Positions 11,446-21,970 of a DNA stretch of 47,374 nt are shown piece after piece. Both the position numbers and the translations under genes were made by a program. The stretch covers positions 50,095,248 to 50,142,621 of the forward strand of contig NC_068992.1 of assembly GCF_001194135.2 (NCBI RefSeq), in the 5' to 3' direction. Source of the stretch: Octopus bimaculoides. Lineage: Eukaryota. The notes below the pieces were generated by a model. The model made no database searches. It was given only the letters and a program-made list of their open reading frames with translations, and had not been told where the DNA came from. Within the stretch, counting starts at the first letter, position 1. Each line of letters opens with the position of its first letter.

Positions 11446-11998
11446 ATTAATAACACTCTTGTTCAAGAGAGGTCACTGTGAGGTGTGTCATAGTTAAGAT
11501 TAATCATAGCAGAAATGGAACACCATCACTTAACGACAACCCTGTCACTAGTCATCACTGAATGTATGAGAGAGGCTCCACAGGCTTACTTGACCTGCTA
11601 AAAATAGCAACTGAATCTCTTTCAAATTAAATCCATTATCATATTAAAAGAAGACAAAGGACAAGGAAGTCCTGTTTTGTGGTCTTGCACAAAGGATTAA
11701 GCAGGATGCTCAAGACAGAAGGCTTTTTGTTATAGGTTTGCTCAATCAGGGATTGAGAAAGGGTTACACCACAACAGTTGGTTATTATCTCTCCCAAACT
11801 ACACCCCTGGGGGAAGCAGAAGTTCCAAGCCCTTGTGATCGTGATAGGAAGATCAGAACCCCTTGTAAACACTTAGGACCTCGTTTTGCCCCAGTTCCTA
11901 CACCACCACCCTCCTCCTCATTCCCACCACAACCCTCATCCATTGATATTCATGTTGATGTTTTGGTTGTTGTAATAGCTGTTGCTGCTGTCTTACAG

Positions 11999-12052
11999 GT
12001 TTAAAAACTATTTCCTTTGAAATCGGACTGCAAAGAACCTGCCTGAAACAAT
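11999..12052 (+). other. Candidate 54-nt exon (open frame xLKTISFEIGLQRTCLKQ)
   Basis: Acceptor gctgtcttacag and donor AAT/gtgagt; the length is divisible by 3 and only one frame is open; no homology recognised. Confidence 0.3.
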
Positions 12053-12060
12053 GTGAGTAG

Positions 12061-12125
12061 AAGGAGGAGGAAGAAGAATAGAGGAGGAAGAAGAATAGAG
12101 GAGGAAGAAGAATAGAGGAGGAGAA
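12061..12125. repeat. 17-bp tandem repeat (agaggaggaagaagaat) x3
   Basis: Direct reading. Confidence 0.9.
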
Positions 12126-12544
12126 GGAAGTAAGAGATAGAAGGAGGGTTTCACTGATGTACCAGTTATTGTTGTGGTTCTTTCTCAGGCTCGGGGAGTT
12201 ATCATTATTGTTGTTATTTTGGTTACTGTATAAATTACTAGCTGCAGCGTTAATGTTTTATGCTAATGCTACAAGAATGTTTTACATTCAATAAATCAAA
12301 GATTTTTAGCCGACGCTCTGTGTGAATTAAACAGCAGGTTTTGAATTCAATTTAATTCACACACACACACACACACACACAGTGTGTTGACTAAAATTTA
12401 TTCTATGATAGTGGTTCTCAACCATTTTTCTCCCACGACCCACTTCAACTTTAAAGAAAAAACAACAAAACATGCCTCCCAACCTCCATGAACAGACAAA
12501 TATAACGCACACACACACACACACATATGTATGTAAGTGTATTC

Positions 12545-12777
12545 TATCTGTTTACTTGTTTCAGTTATTTGACTGTAGCCATGCTGAAGCTGTGTCATAA
12601 AGGGTTTTTTTCAGTCAAAGAAATCTTATTCTTTATAAGCCTAGTATTATTTTGTTGGTCTCTTTTACTGAACCGCTAAGTTATGGGGATGTAAATACAT
12701 CAACATCAGTTGTCAAGCGATGGTGGGGTGATAAAACACACATACACACACACACATATACATACATACATACATAC

Positions 12778-12814
<37 letters not shown>

Positions 12815-12960
12815 CATATGCGATGGGCTTCTTTCAGTTTCTCTACNNNNNNNNNNGCCTGAGGGTATAGTAGAATATACTTGCCTGAAGTGCCACACAG
12901 TGGAACTGAACCCAGAACTATGTGGTTGGGAAGCAAGCTTCTTACCACACAGCCATGCAG
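12545..12960 (-). mobile_element. Bipartite SINE B/C, full length, with internal microsatellite
   Basis: C half at 12545-12740, a (CA)/(TA) linker, and B half at 12825-12960. Confidence 0.88.
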
Positions 12961-13260
12961 TTAAATTAATATTGCAAGTTTATTCAGTCTTTATCGACTC
13001 AACCTTGGTGAAACCAATGCGCCAGAGACTGCCACTGGTTTTGATACAAGCTTACTGTTTTAAAATGAACAAAACTAAAATCTTGCATTGAGATCTCATG
13101 TTAATTCGTGTTCCAAACACCAGCTTGATAAGTATTTTAAATATGTGCCACAAGGGCAGCTTGGAGGTAGGTGGGGATGAGGCGATTACATTGACTCCAG
13201 TGTTCAACTGGTACTTATTCTATCGACTCCCGAAAAGATGAAAGACAAAGTTGACCTAAT

Positions 13261-13490
13261 CACATAGTTCTGGGTTCAGTCACACTGTGTGGCACCTTGG
13301 ACACACTCAGTCTTGTGAATGGATTTAGTAGATGGAAATTGAAACCAGCCTGTCATATATATATATATATATATATATCTGTGTGTGTGTGTGTGTGTGT
13401 GACACTTGGCCCAAGGTGCCATGCAGTGGAACTGAACCAGAACTATGTGGTTAGGAAGCAAGCTTCTTACCACACAGTCATACCTGTGCA
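13261..13490. mobile_element. Two SINE B fragments in inverted orientation around a (TA)n(TG)n spacer
   Basis: cacatagttctgggttcagtcacactgtgtggcaccttgg (13261) pairs with ccaaggtgccatgcagtggaactgaaccagaactatgtg (about 13410-13448). Confidence 0.85.
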
Positions 13491-13909
13491 TGTGTGTATT
13501 GAGTAAGAGAGAGAGAGAAACGCTTAGTAAAAAAAAAACAAAAAAACTTGCAAGAGAAAAACCTAGAACAATGAAATTAACTAATTATGGAAGTGGGAAG
13601 ATGGTAGGAGGAATGTTTTATTGTACTTCATAGGAATTCGGTGCGTATATGAGACATTTAAAAAAAAAAATTTTTTACAAATCTGAAAATGGTTTCACTC
13701 CTACACAACACAAATGTTTTATAAACACCAGCTGAGCAATCTTTCTGCATATGCTAAAATAAGCAACCCACATGATTATATTAACAATACTTTGCACTAT
13801 ATATGTTACATACACACAAGCAATTGAAGTTACAAACCAGAGGAAAAAAAAAAAAAAAAGTTTTCCAACTCATGTACTGGTGGTTATTAATATATTTAAA
13901 GGTGGAAAA

Positions 13910-14080
13910 TTTCAGTGTGGCCATGTGGTAAGAAGCTTGTTTCCACATGGTTCAAAGTTCAGTCCCACTGCATGGCACCTTGGCCAAGTGTCTCCTAATA
14001 TAGCTCTGAGATGACCAAAGCCTTGCGAATGTGGATTTCTCAGATGGAAAGTGAAAGAAGCCCATCATTTGTGTATATGT
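13910..14080 (+). mobile_element. SINE family B
   Basis: gtggccatgtggtaagaagcttg...ggcaccttggccaagtgtc...ggaaagtgaaagaagccc. Confidence 0.85.
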
Positions 14081-14102
14081 GTGTGTGTGCGTTTGATATA
14101 TT

Positions 14103-14655
14103 CTTTACTCTTTTACTCTTTTACTTGTTTCAGTCATTTGACTGCAGCCATGCTGGAGCACCACCTTTAGTTGNNNNNNNNNNNNNNNNNNNNNNNNNNN
14201 NNNNNNNNNNNNNNNNNNNNNNNNNNNNNNNNNNNNNNNNNNNNNNNNNNNNNNNNNNNNNNNNNNNNNNNNNNNNNNNNNNNNNNNNNNNNNNNNNNNN
14301 NNNNNNNNNNNNNNNNNNNNNNNNNNNNNNNNNNNNNNNNNNNNNNNNNNNNNNNNNNNNNNNNNNNNNNNNNNNNNNNNNNNNNNNNNNNNNNNNNNNN
14401 NNNNNNNNNNNNNNNNNNNNNNNNNNNNNNNNNNNNNNNNNNNNNNNNNNNNNNNNNNNNNNNNNNNNNNNNNNNNNNNNNNNNNNNNNNNNNNNNNNNN
14501 NNNNNNNNNNNNNNNNNNNNTACCAAATCCACTCACAAGGCTTTGGTCAGCCCGAGGCTCTAGTAGAAGACACTTGCCCAGGGTGCCATGCAGTGGGACT
14601 GAACCCGGAACCATGTGGTTGGTAAGCAAGCTACTTACCACACAGCCACTCCTGC
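14103..14655 (-). mobile_element. Bipartite SINE B/C spanning an assembly gap
   Basis: Tail tactcttttactcttttacttgtttcagtc before the gap and the B half after it. Confidence 0.8.
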
Positions 14656-14684
14656 ATATATATATATATACATATATATATATG

Positions 14685-14900
14685 TATCATCATCATCATC
14701 ATTGCTTAATGTTTATTTTCCATGCAAGCATGGGTTGGATGGATTGACAGGAAATGGTTAGTCAGGGAGCTCTCCAAATTCCAATTGTCTGTTGAGGCAT
14801 GGTTTCTACAATCGGATGCCCTTCCTAAGACCAAACACTCTACAGAGTGTGCTGGGTACTTATTACATGCCAGCCGTGCAGGTGCTTATGCAGCACTGTC
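14685..14900 (-). mobile_element. RTE-type 3' tail fragment
   Basis: (CAT)n...ttccatgcaagcatgggttgg...ggatgcccttcctaagaccaaacactc. Confidence 0.75.
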
Positions 14901-14975
14901 ATGAATGCATTTTATGTGGCACCAACACCTGTAAAGGTCAAGCCTATATGCATGAATGATAGTGATTTTACTTAG

Positions 14976-15014
<39 letters not shown>

Positions 15015-15272
15015 TAGTAGCAGAAGCTATTAACTGATATTATTTCTTCTTACTTTTATGGTAAAATATGAAATATATTTTTAGCTATATGTGCTTTCAC
15101 CCACGTAAACTATCAGGGATAATTTACATACCAACATAGACAGATAATCAGGAATAGACAAACGAGTGAAACGAAAATAAAACACCAACAAAAAGGATAG
15201 TTTTTATGTAATGATGTATAGAAATATATTTTTTCATAAAATATATGTCAATGTAGAAGCACGTGGGAGTGG

Positions 15273-15342
<70 letters not shown>

Positions 15343-15404
15343 ATCATCATCATCATCATCATCATCATTATTATCATCATCGTCAACAGCTGTAACATGG
15401 GTTG

Positions 15405-15647
15405 GCTGCTTCTTATTTCTTTATTGCCCACAAGGGGCTAAACATAGAGGGGACAAACAAGGACACACAAAGGAATTCAGTCGATTACATCGACCCCCAG
15501 TGCGTAACTGGTACTTGATTTATCGATCCCGAAAGGATGAAAGGCAAAGTCGACCTCGGCGTAATTTGAACTCAGAACATAACGGCAGACGAAATACTGA
15601 TAAGCATTTCGCCCGGCGTGCTAACGTTTCTGCCAGCTGACCGCCAT
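15405..15647 (-). mobile_element. Young SINE family A copy with an alternative 3' tail
   Basis: CpG-rich body gtcgattacatcgacccccagtgcgtaactggtac...ggcaaagtcgacctcggcg. The tail (read on -) is gtttgtcccctctatgtttagccccttgtgggcaataaagaaataag. Confidence 0.9.
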
Positions 15648-15699
15648 GGGCCCAAGGACTGCATCATGTTCCAATACCTATTTTGGGTATGGTTTATAT

Positions 15700-15950
15700 T
15701 AAGTGTTTCTCAACCAGGGTCCATAAAAAAATTTTGCTTTAGATGTGTTTATTAGAAGAAACAGCTAAGTTTCTTTCTCTAACATTTTACATGGTTCCAC
15801 TTACACAAGTTATTGTGTGAAAAACAAAATAGGAATTTAGAGAAGAGCATCTATAAAACTAGTTTTTATACATGAAGTGGCTTTGCAGGTCCACCAGAAT
15901 AAAACAGTAATCAAAGGGGTCCATAGACAAAATATGGTTGAGAACCACTA
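15700..15950. mobile_element. hAT-superfamily MITE with 8-bp TSD
   Basis: TIRs taagtgtttctcaacc and ggttgagaaccacta; the flanks gtttatat (15692-15699) and gtttatat (15951-15958) are identical. Confidence 0.88.
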
Positions 15951-17094
15951 GTTTATATAGTGTTGGATGTCTTTTCTAACACCAACCACTTTACAGAGTG
16001 TACTTGGTGCTTTCTGGGGTTTTTTTTTGTCATGGTACCAGCACTAGTGACATTTCCATGCCTAAGATGTCTTTCAACTGAGGCAGGGTACAGTAGATGA
16101 AGGTGGCTTTATACTGGGAAATGAGAGGATAAAGTATGAAAGAAGGGATCAAAACTGAGCAAGGCTTCTTACAGGGGTGGAACAGCATGGTTACTCACAT
16201 TATAGAAGAATGGGGAGAGAGAGAGAAGTGGGGAGAGAGAAAGAGGCATGTGATATTGTCTTAAGAAATGTGCATGTATAAAAAGCTTTGAGCATCTTTC
16301 AATAGTTGATTGGCCGAAAGCTTATACTGGTTTCACATGGCATAAAGCAACTGAAAGTACACCTCACACTCTAGATGGGATACTAGCCTGGTGTTGTAAT
16401 GTTAACCTCAAACCTCACAAGCTGTTGCAAGTACTCATCCCCTCTCTCCCAGCCAAGTAGAATGGAGTAACATGAAATGAAGTGCCTAGCTAAAATATAC
16501 AAGACACTGCCTGGTTCAGGAATTGAACCTATGACCTATATAACAATCAACCACTGAACCATGTGCCTTCCTATAATTTCTAAACACCCTGGTCTTACTA
16601 TTATTAACACCACATTTATATTGTGACATGATAGAAAACAATAGACATTACACTAAATATGTATTGTATTACTTTTTGTTTCTCAAAGTTGTCAGTCTTA
16701 CAAAATTATGTCACAGGAGCTGAACAATGGATATAGAATGGTGTGTTTATGTGTGTGTGTATGTATGTTTTAATCTAACAAAAAAAAACAACAACAACAA
16801 CAAAAATAACAAACCAAAAACACATGAAAATATGACAAATATTTAACCTGGTTTTATTTGCTCAACAGCTGATTGGGTTTCAGATGGACTCCTACTGTTG
16901 AGACTAGTGAACAGAAGAATAGAGTTGTTTAACAGAAGAATAGAGTTGCTATATATTTATTATACACAAATTAAAAGGTCATTTGTCATGTGATAGGTAA
17001 CTTTGAAAGAATGCTTTGACCACAAAGGGAAATATGGCTAAACCAGTTGTAAAAATTTGCGGGCTACAAATTGGTTTTACTTCTATAATAAGCA

Positions 17095-17425
17095 CAGACG
17101 TAGCTGTGTGGTAAGAAGCTTGCTTCCCAACCCCATGGTTCTGAGTTCAGTCCCACTGTGTGACACTTTGGGCAAGTGTCTTCTATCATACCATTGGGCT
17201 GACCAAAGCCTTGTGAGTGGATTTGGTAGACAGAAACTGAAAGAAGCCTGTTGTGTACATATACATATATATTTATTTATGTGTGGCAATCAGTGTTGGT
17301 TTGTTTACGTTCCCCTAACTTAAAAGTTTAGCCAAAGAATAAGTACTAGGTTTAAAAAAAAAGTCCTGGGGTCAATTCATTCAACTAAACCCTTCAAGGT
17401 GGTGCTCCAGCATGGCTGCAGTCAA
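17095..17425 (+). mobile_element. Bipartite SINE B/C
   Basis: B half, a short TA linker, and C half ending ggtgctccagcatggctgcagtc. Confidence 0.87.
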
Positions 17426-17450
17426 CGGCGAGAGAAGCCATCATATATAC

Positions 17451-17479
<29 letters not shown>

Positions 17480-17485
<6 letters not shown>

Positions 17486-17645
17486 AAGTTCTCTTTCAGT
17501 TTCTCCCAACAAAATCCACTCACAAACGTTTAATTGGCCTGGGGCTATTGTAGAAGACACTTGCCCACAGTGCAATGTAATGGGATTGAACCCCAAACCA
17601 TATGGTTGAGAAGCAATATTCCGAACCACATAGCTGTGCTTGTAC
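17480..17645 (-). mobile_element. SINE family B, inverted relative to 17095
   Basis: ctttcagtttctcccaacaaaatccactcac...gaagacacttgcccac...aaccacatagc. Confidence 0.82.
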
Positions 17646-17775
17646 CTATATCAATATGTACACACACACACATGCACTTTTGTGAATATATACTATTGAA
17701 CCTATATATATATATATGTATTTATATATCTTGTTTTCTTAATTTTCTGGGATTGAAAATAATAATAAATAAAAA

Positions 17776-17813
<38 letters not shown>

Positions 17814-18939
17814 TTAAGGAATGGAGAAAACGCATGTTATAATTGCATACTTTATTCCTACATATGTTTCAAAGGATTACAACCTATGTGATCCATAGAG
17901 ATCTGTGATGTTATATATTGATGTATTGAGTTTTGTTTCTACTGTTTGTTATACCACACACGTGCACATACACTTCCGAAAATAAACTAGGGAGGCTATA
18001 TAAAGCTCTTAGAAGCAACCGTCTATAAAAAAAGTATAAGGGATTTGTTAGAATATTACAAGAGAAACAATAGTAGGACTGTGCTGGACTGTAAAGTAGT
18101 TGCAGTAACAAATGTGCCAATGAGCAATATGATATGAAATAAAATAATATGAAAAGTTAGAGAAAAAAAAAGCCCCTTAACAATTCCCTTATATTTATAA
18201 AGAAAGAGTAAAAGATATAACAATAAAAAGAGAAAGAAAAGGAGGGTCTAAGTAAAAACACAGATATTCTTAGAGGAATAGTAACAGCCGCAGCTAACTG
18301 CAACACCTAGTAGGCACATGCTGCAGTGACATGAATACAAAAGCATGGTGATGTGAGTGAAATAATAATCCTTCAATGTTCTTGTTTTTGCAAGAAACAG
18401 TCATCACTTACACCCATTCCATTCGGCAAATAATTGTATAACAGAAAATTTCTGTAACCTGGATTTGTCATTAACACAGAGCATGCTGTGATTAGTTTTA
18501 ACAAGATACCAAACAATAAAGGTAAGCTAGATATAATTGCTCTTTTTATATTAGATCTAGTAAGCGTTCTTAGAGTAGGGAAGTCTGGTTACAGCTGGTT
18601 GATGACTCAGCCATGGGAGTAGAAACCCAGATTAAATTCTTGACGGTAACCCTTTCACTCTATTTATGTCACTAACAAGATACTAGGCCAAAATGTTAAG
18701 TATATATATCATTATTGTTTTATACATACATATATATATATATATATATATGATGGATGCCAAATGATCTGCTAGTTAGCATGGAAGTATCAACTGGAGC
18801 GATCACTCTAGTTTATAGAGCAATCAGCCAGCTGTCTGGCGAAATCCTTTTATTGTATTAATGCCAATTGTGCGATACTAGACAATAATGTTTCATATAT
18901 AATATATATACCATTGCTTTCTTTATATATATTTTCATA

Positions 18940-19320
18940 CAGGCATGGCTGTGTTTGTTAAGAAGATTGCTTCCCAACCATATGATCTCAGATTCTCTGT
19001 GTGAGCACCTTGGGCAAAAGTGTTCTATTACCCAGGCCAAACAGAGCTTTGTGAGTAGAGAGAAACTAAAAGAAGCATGTTGTATATATGGCTATGTGAA
19101 AGAATGTATGTATGTGTATGCATGCATACGTGCGTGCGTGTGTGTGTGTGTGTGTGTTTGCCCTCCTCTCTGCTTGACAGCCAGTGCTGGTTTGTTTACA
19201 TCCCTGTAACTTACTGATTTGGCAAAAGTGATTGATAGAATAATTAACAGACTCTAAGGAAGTACCGGGGGTCGATTTGTTTAACTATACCTTTGAAGAA
19301 GGTACCTCAACAATGACTGT
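18940..19320 (+). mobile_element. Bipartite SINE B/C, degenerate
   Basis: aggcatggctgtg...gcaccttgggcaaaagtgttc, a (GT)n linker, and tgcttgacagccagtgctgg...ggggtcgatttg. Confidence 0.82.
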
Positions 19321-19586
19321 AACAAATAAAATAAAAACACATACATCTAAAATTCCATTTCTACACCTACATTTGTAATAAATATATCATAAACAATACA
19401 TTATTATGATGTAACATTCACATTGCTCTGGTAACAAACAAAAATTATTATTATGATTACTACTATTATAATTACTATTAACATCGTTATCGTTTAATGC
19501 CTGCCTTCTATGCTGGCATACCACCACCACCACCATCACCACCACCATCACCATCACCATCATCATCATCATTATTATTATTATTA

Positions 19587-19800
19587 AGGCAGTGAGCTGG
19601 CAGAATCGTTAGCATGCAGGATGAAATGCTTAGCGGTATTTTGCCTGTCACTACGTTCTGAGTTCAGATTCCATCGAGGTCAACTTTGCCTTTTATCCTT
19701 TTGGGGGTTGATAAATTAAGTACCAGTGAAATACTGGGGCCAGTGTAATTGCCTAGTCCTCTCCCCACCAAGTTCTCAGGCTTTGTGCTTTCAGTAGAAA
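19587..19800 (+). mobile_element. SINE family A
   Basis: aaggcagtgagctggcagaatcgttagc...gaggtcaactttgccttttatcc...gataaattaagtaccag. Confidence 0.9.
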
Positions 19801-19804
19801 GCAC

Positions 19805-19960
19805 CCACTACTCTCTCGGAGTGGTTGGCGTTAGGACAAGCATCCAGCTGTAGAAACCTTGCCAGATCAAATTGGAGCTTGGTGCAGCCTCCTGGCTTGC
19901 CATTCCTCAGTCAAACCGTCCAACCCATGCCAGCATGGAAAGTGGGCGTTAAACAATGAT
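19805..19960 (+). mobile_element. RTE-type 3' tail ending in (GAT)n
   Basis: ggagtggttggcgttagg...catccagc...cccatgccagcatggaaagtgggcgttaaacaatgatgatg. Confidence 0.85.
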
Positions 19961-20413
19961 GATGATGACAATTATTGTCATCATTATTACTATTGTTACC
20001 ATTGTCATTACTATCATCATCATCATCATCATTACTGTTATTAATTATCATCATCACTATCATTATTATTATCATTATTATTGCTATTATTATCATCATC
20101 ATTAGTCATCATCATCATCATAATCATCATTATTATCATCCTGATCACAGTTGGAATTGAAAGTAGCATGGCTTTCTACACACATCCCTTTCAAGAAATG
20201 ACAATATTAAAAACACACAGGCACAGAAAAGAAAAAAACATCAGTCACTCCACCAGGCAGCACCAATAAACAGATATATTACTATGAGATGATAATGGTG
20301 GTGTTAGCAATGGTGGCGGTGGTGCCACTGCAGTAATTGTCAGCAACATGTGAGATGGAATTTCAAGGTATCGGATTCCATGTCTCCTCCTCTTTCTTTC
20401 TCTTTGAGTGCAG

Positions 20414-20512
20414 AAGAAGAAGATGAAAAAGACGAAGAATTTACCGTAGATAAACATATCAGTTTCACACTTGGCAATTCACAGTGTCTATCTGGAAGCG
20501 TCATTTCAATAG
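20414..20512 (+). CDS. Candidate 99-nt symmetric coding exon (EEEDEKDEEFTVDKHISFTLGNSQCLSGSVISI), product unknown
   Basis: Polypyrimidine tract tctttctttctctttgagtgcag and donor ATAG/gtatgt; phase 1-1 with a single open frame in unique sequence; no recognisable homologue. Confidence 0.35.
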
Positions 20513-20964
20513 GTATGTCATGATAAATTTTTTTTTTTAATTTTTCATTTTTTATGCCCCACCACCACCACCTCCACCGACCTATCAGTCATCAGACCCT
20601 TCTATCCTGCCATCCATCAATGCAGGCAGCCAGTGTCAATTGTTGTAGGAGACCCAAAGGCTCACTTCCAACTGGTGGTAGAATTTTGTGTCTTTCTTAG
20701 GGGATTTATGGTTGAAATGGAAGGAATAACTGCCAAGTAAATCTATGGATGTGTTGGTTTACTTACTGTGTGTTAGATGAAATGAAGTGTGAACAAGAGT
20801 TTCTCAACCATTTTTGCCCTAAGCCCCACCCTACCACACTCCATCCCAACCTCTTTGATTCCACCTTCTTCCATACACCAAAAAAACAAAAGATAAAAAA
20901 AAACAGAATCGTTGCAACCCCACAATAATCAGGCAATCATAGGATATATTTGGTTTTAATTTTT

Positions 20965-21120
20965 TCATAGGTCTCAGTCACTGAACTGCGACCATGCTGG
21001 GGCACTACTACAAAAGGGTTGGTTGATCGAATTGACCTCTAGTACTTATTCTATCAGTCCCATTTGCCAAACCACTAAGTTAAGGGGATGTTAACAGACC
21101 AGCAAACGGTGGGATGATAA
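20965..21120 (-). mobile_element. SINE C half
   Basis: cagtcactgaactgcgaccatgctgg...agtacttattctatcagtcccatttgccaaaccactaag. Confidence 0.78.
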
Positions 21121-21230
21121 ACACATGACATGCACACATTACATATGCACACACATGCACATATATATGCAAATCTGAGAATTCCCTGCATCTACAAAAA
21201 TGGTTCTTGGCCACATTCTTTATAACTTAC

Positions 21231-21475
21231 ATCTGCTAATGGCTGGTGATTCTACCACTACGAGTAAGAGATGTGCATAAGCCTGATTACATCAAATCTA
21301 CATCTGTTGGAAAGTAATAGCCCAGTTGTTAAGAATAGCAGGGAGAACCAACTTGGACCCATTATGCCAACATCTGTTGAAAGATAATAGCTCTGTTATT
21401 CAAAATAAGGGGTTCCTGAAAACAACCTTGGTCCCTACCCCTTACTCACATGCGCTGAAGAATGAGGGCCTGCTA
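21231..21475 (-). other. Candidate pair of non-coding exons (21450-21475 and 21231-21303) with a 146-nt GT-AG intron
   Basis: Four strong sites on -: gttctcattttcag, CAT/gtgagt, ctattactttccaacag and GAT/gtaagt. The joined exons have stops in all frames. Confidence 0.35.
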
Positions 21476-21644
21476 CTGAAAATGAGAACTATATACTAGA
21501 GATTGCTATGATACTAACCATACAGATTACATCACCGTTACGTTACGATAATATTGCTAAAATAGATGAATAATTGAGGGAACAAGTGAAAAGTGTTTGA
21601 GAACAATGATAACCTACAGCATTTTCACACATACACACATACAT

Positions 21645-21970
21645 GTGAAGGCACATGGCTCAGTGGTTAGAGCACTGGGCTCACAATCATGAGGTAGTGA
21701 GTTTGATTCCCAGACTGTGTTGTGTTATTGAGCAAGACACTTCATTTCATGTTGTTCCAGTTCACTCAGCCATAGAAATGAGTTGCAATGTCACTGGTGC
21801 CAAGCTGCATCAGACTTTGCTTTCCCTTGGATAACATCAGTGGTGTGGAGAGAAGCTGGTACACATGGGTGACTGCTGGTCTTCCATAAATAACCTTGCC
21901 CAGACTTGTACCCTAGAGGGAACTTTCTAGGTGCAATCCCATGGTCATTCATGACTGAAGAGGGTCTTTT
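21645..21970 (+). mobile_element. tRNA-derived SINE family E, full length
   Basis: A box tggctcagtgg, B box gagtttgattcc, CORE-like ttgagcaagacactt, and tail ...gtgcaatcccatggtcattcatgactgaagagggtc. Confidence 0.9.

Noticed and set aside
13004-13054. 51-nt minus-strand exon candidate (SLYQNQWQSLAHWFHQ)
   Set aside because: The acceptor is good but the donor (gttgag) is weak, and joining it to the upstream chain gives an immediate TAA.
16864-16960. Strong acceptor (ttttatttgctcaacag) followed by an 18-bp tandem duplication aacagaagaatagagttg
   Set aside because: There is no convincing donor, and the apparent peptide repeat is just the duplication.
17990-18010. TATA-like ggctatataaagc
   Set aside because: Expected by chance in AT-rich DNA, with no supporting downstream elements.
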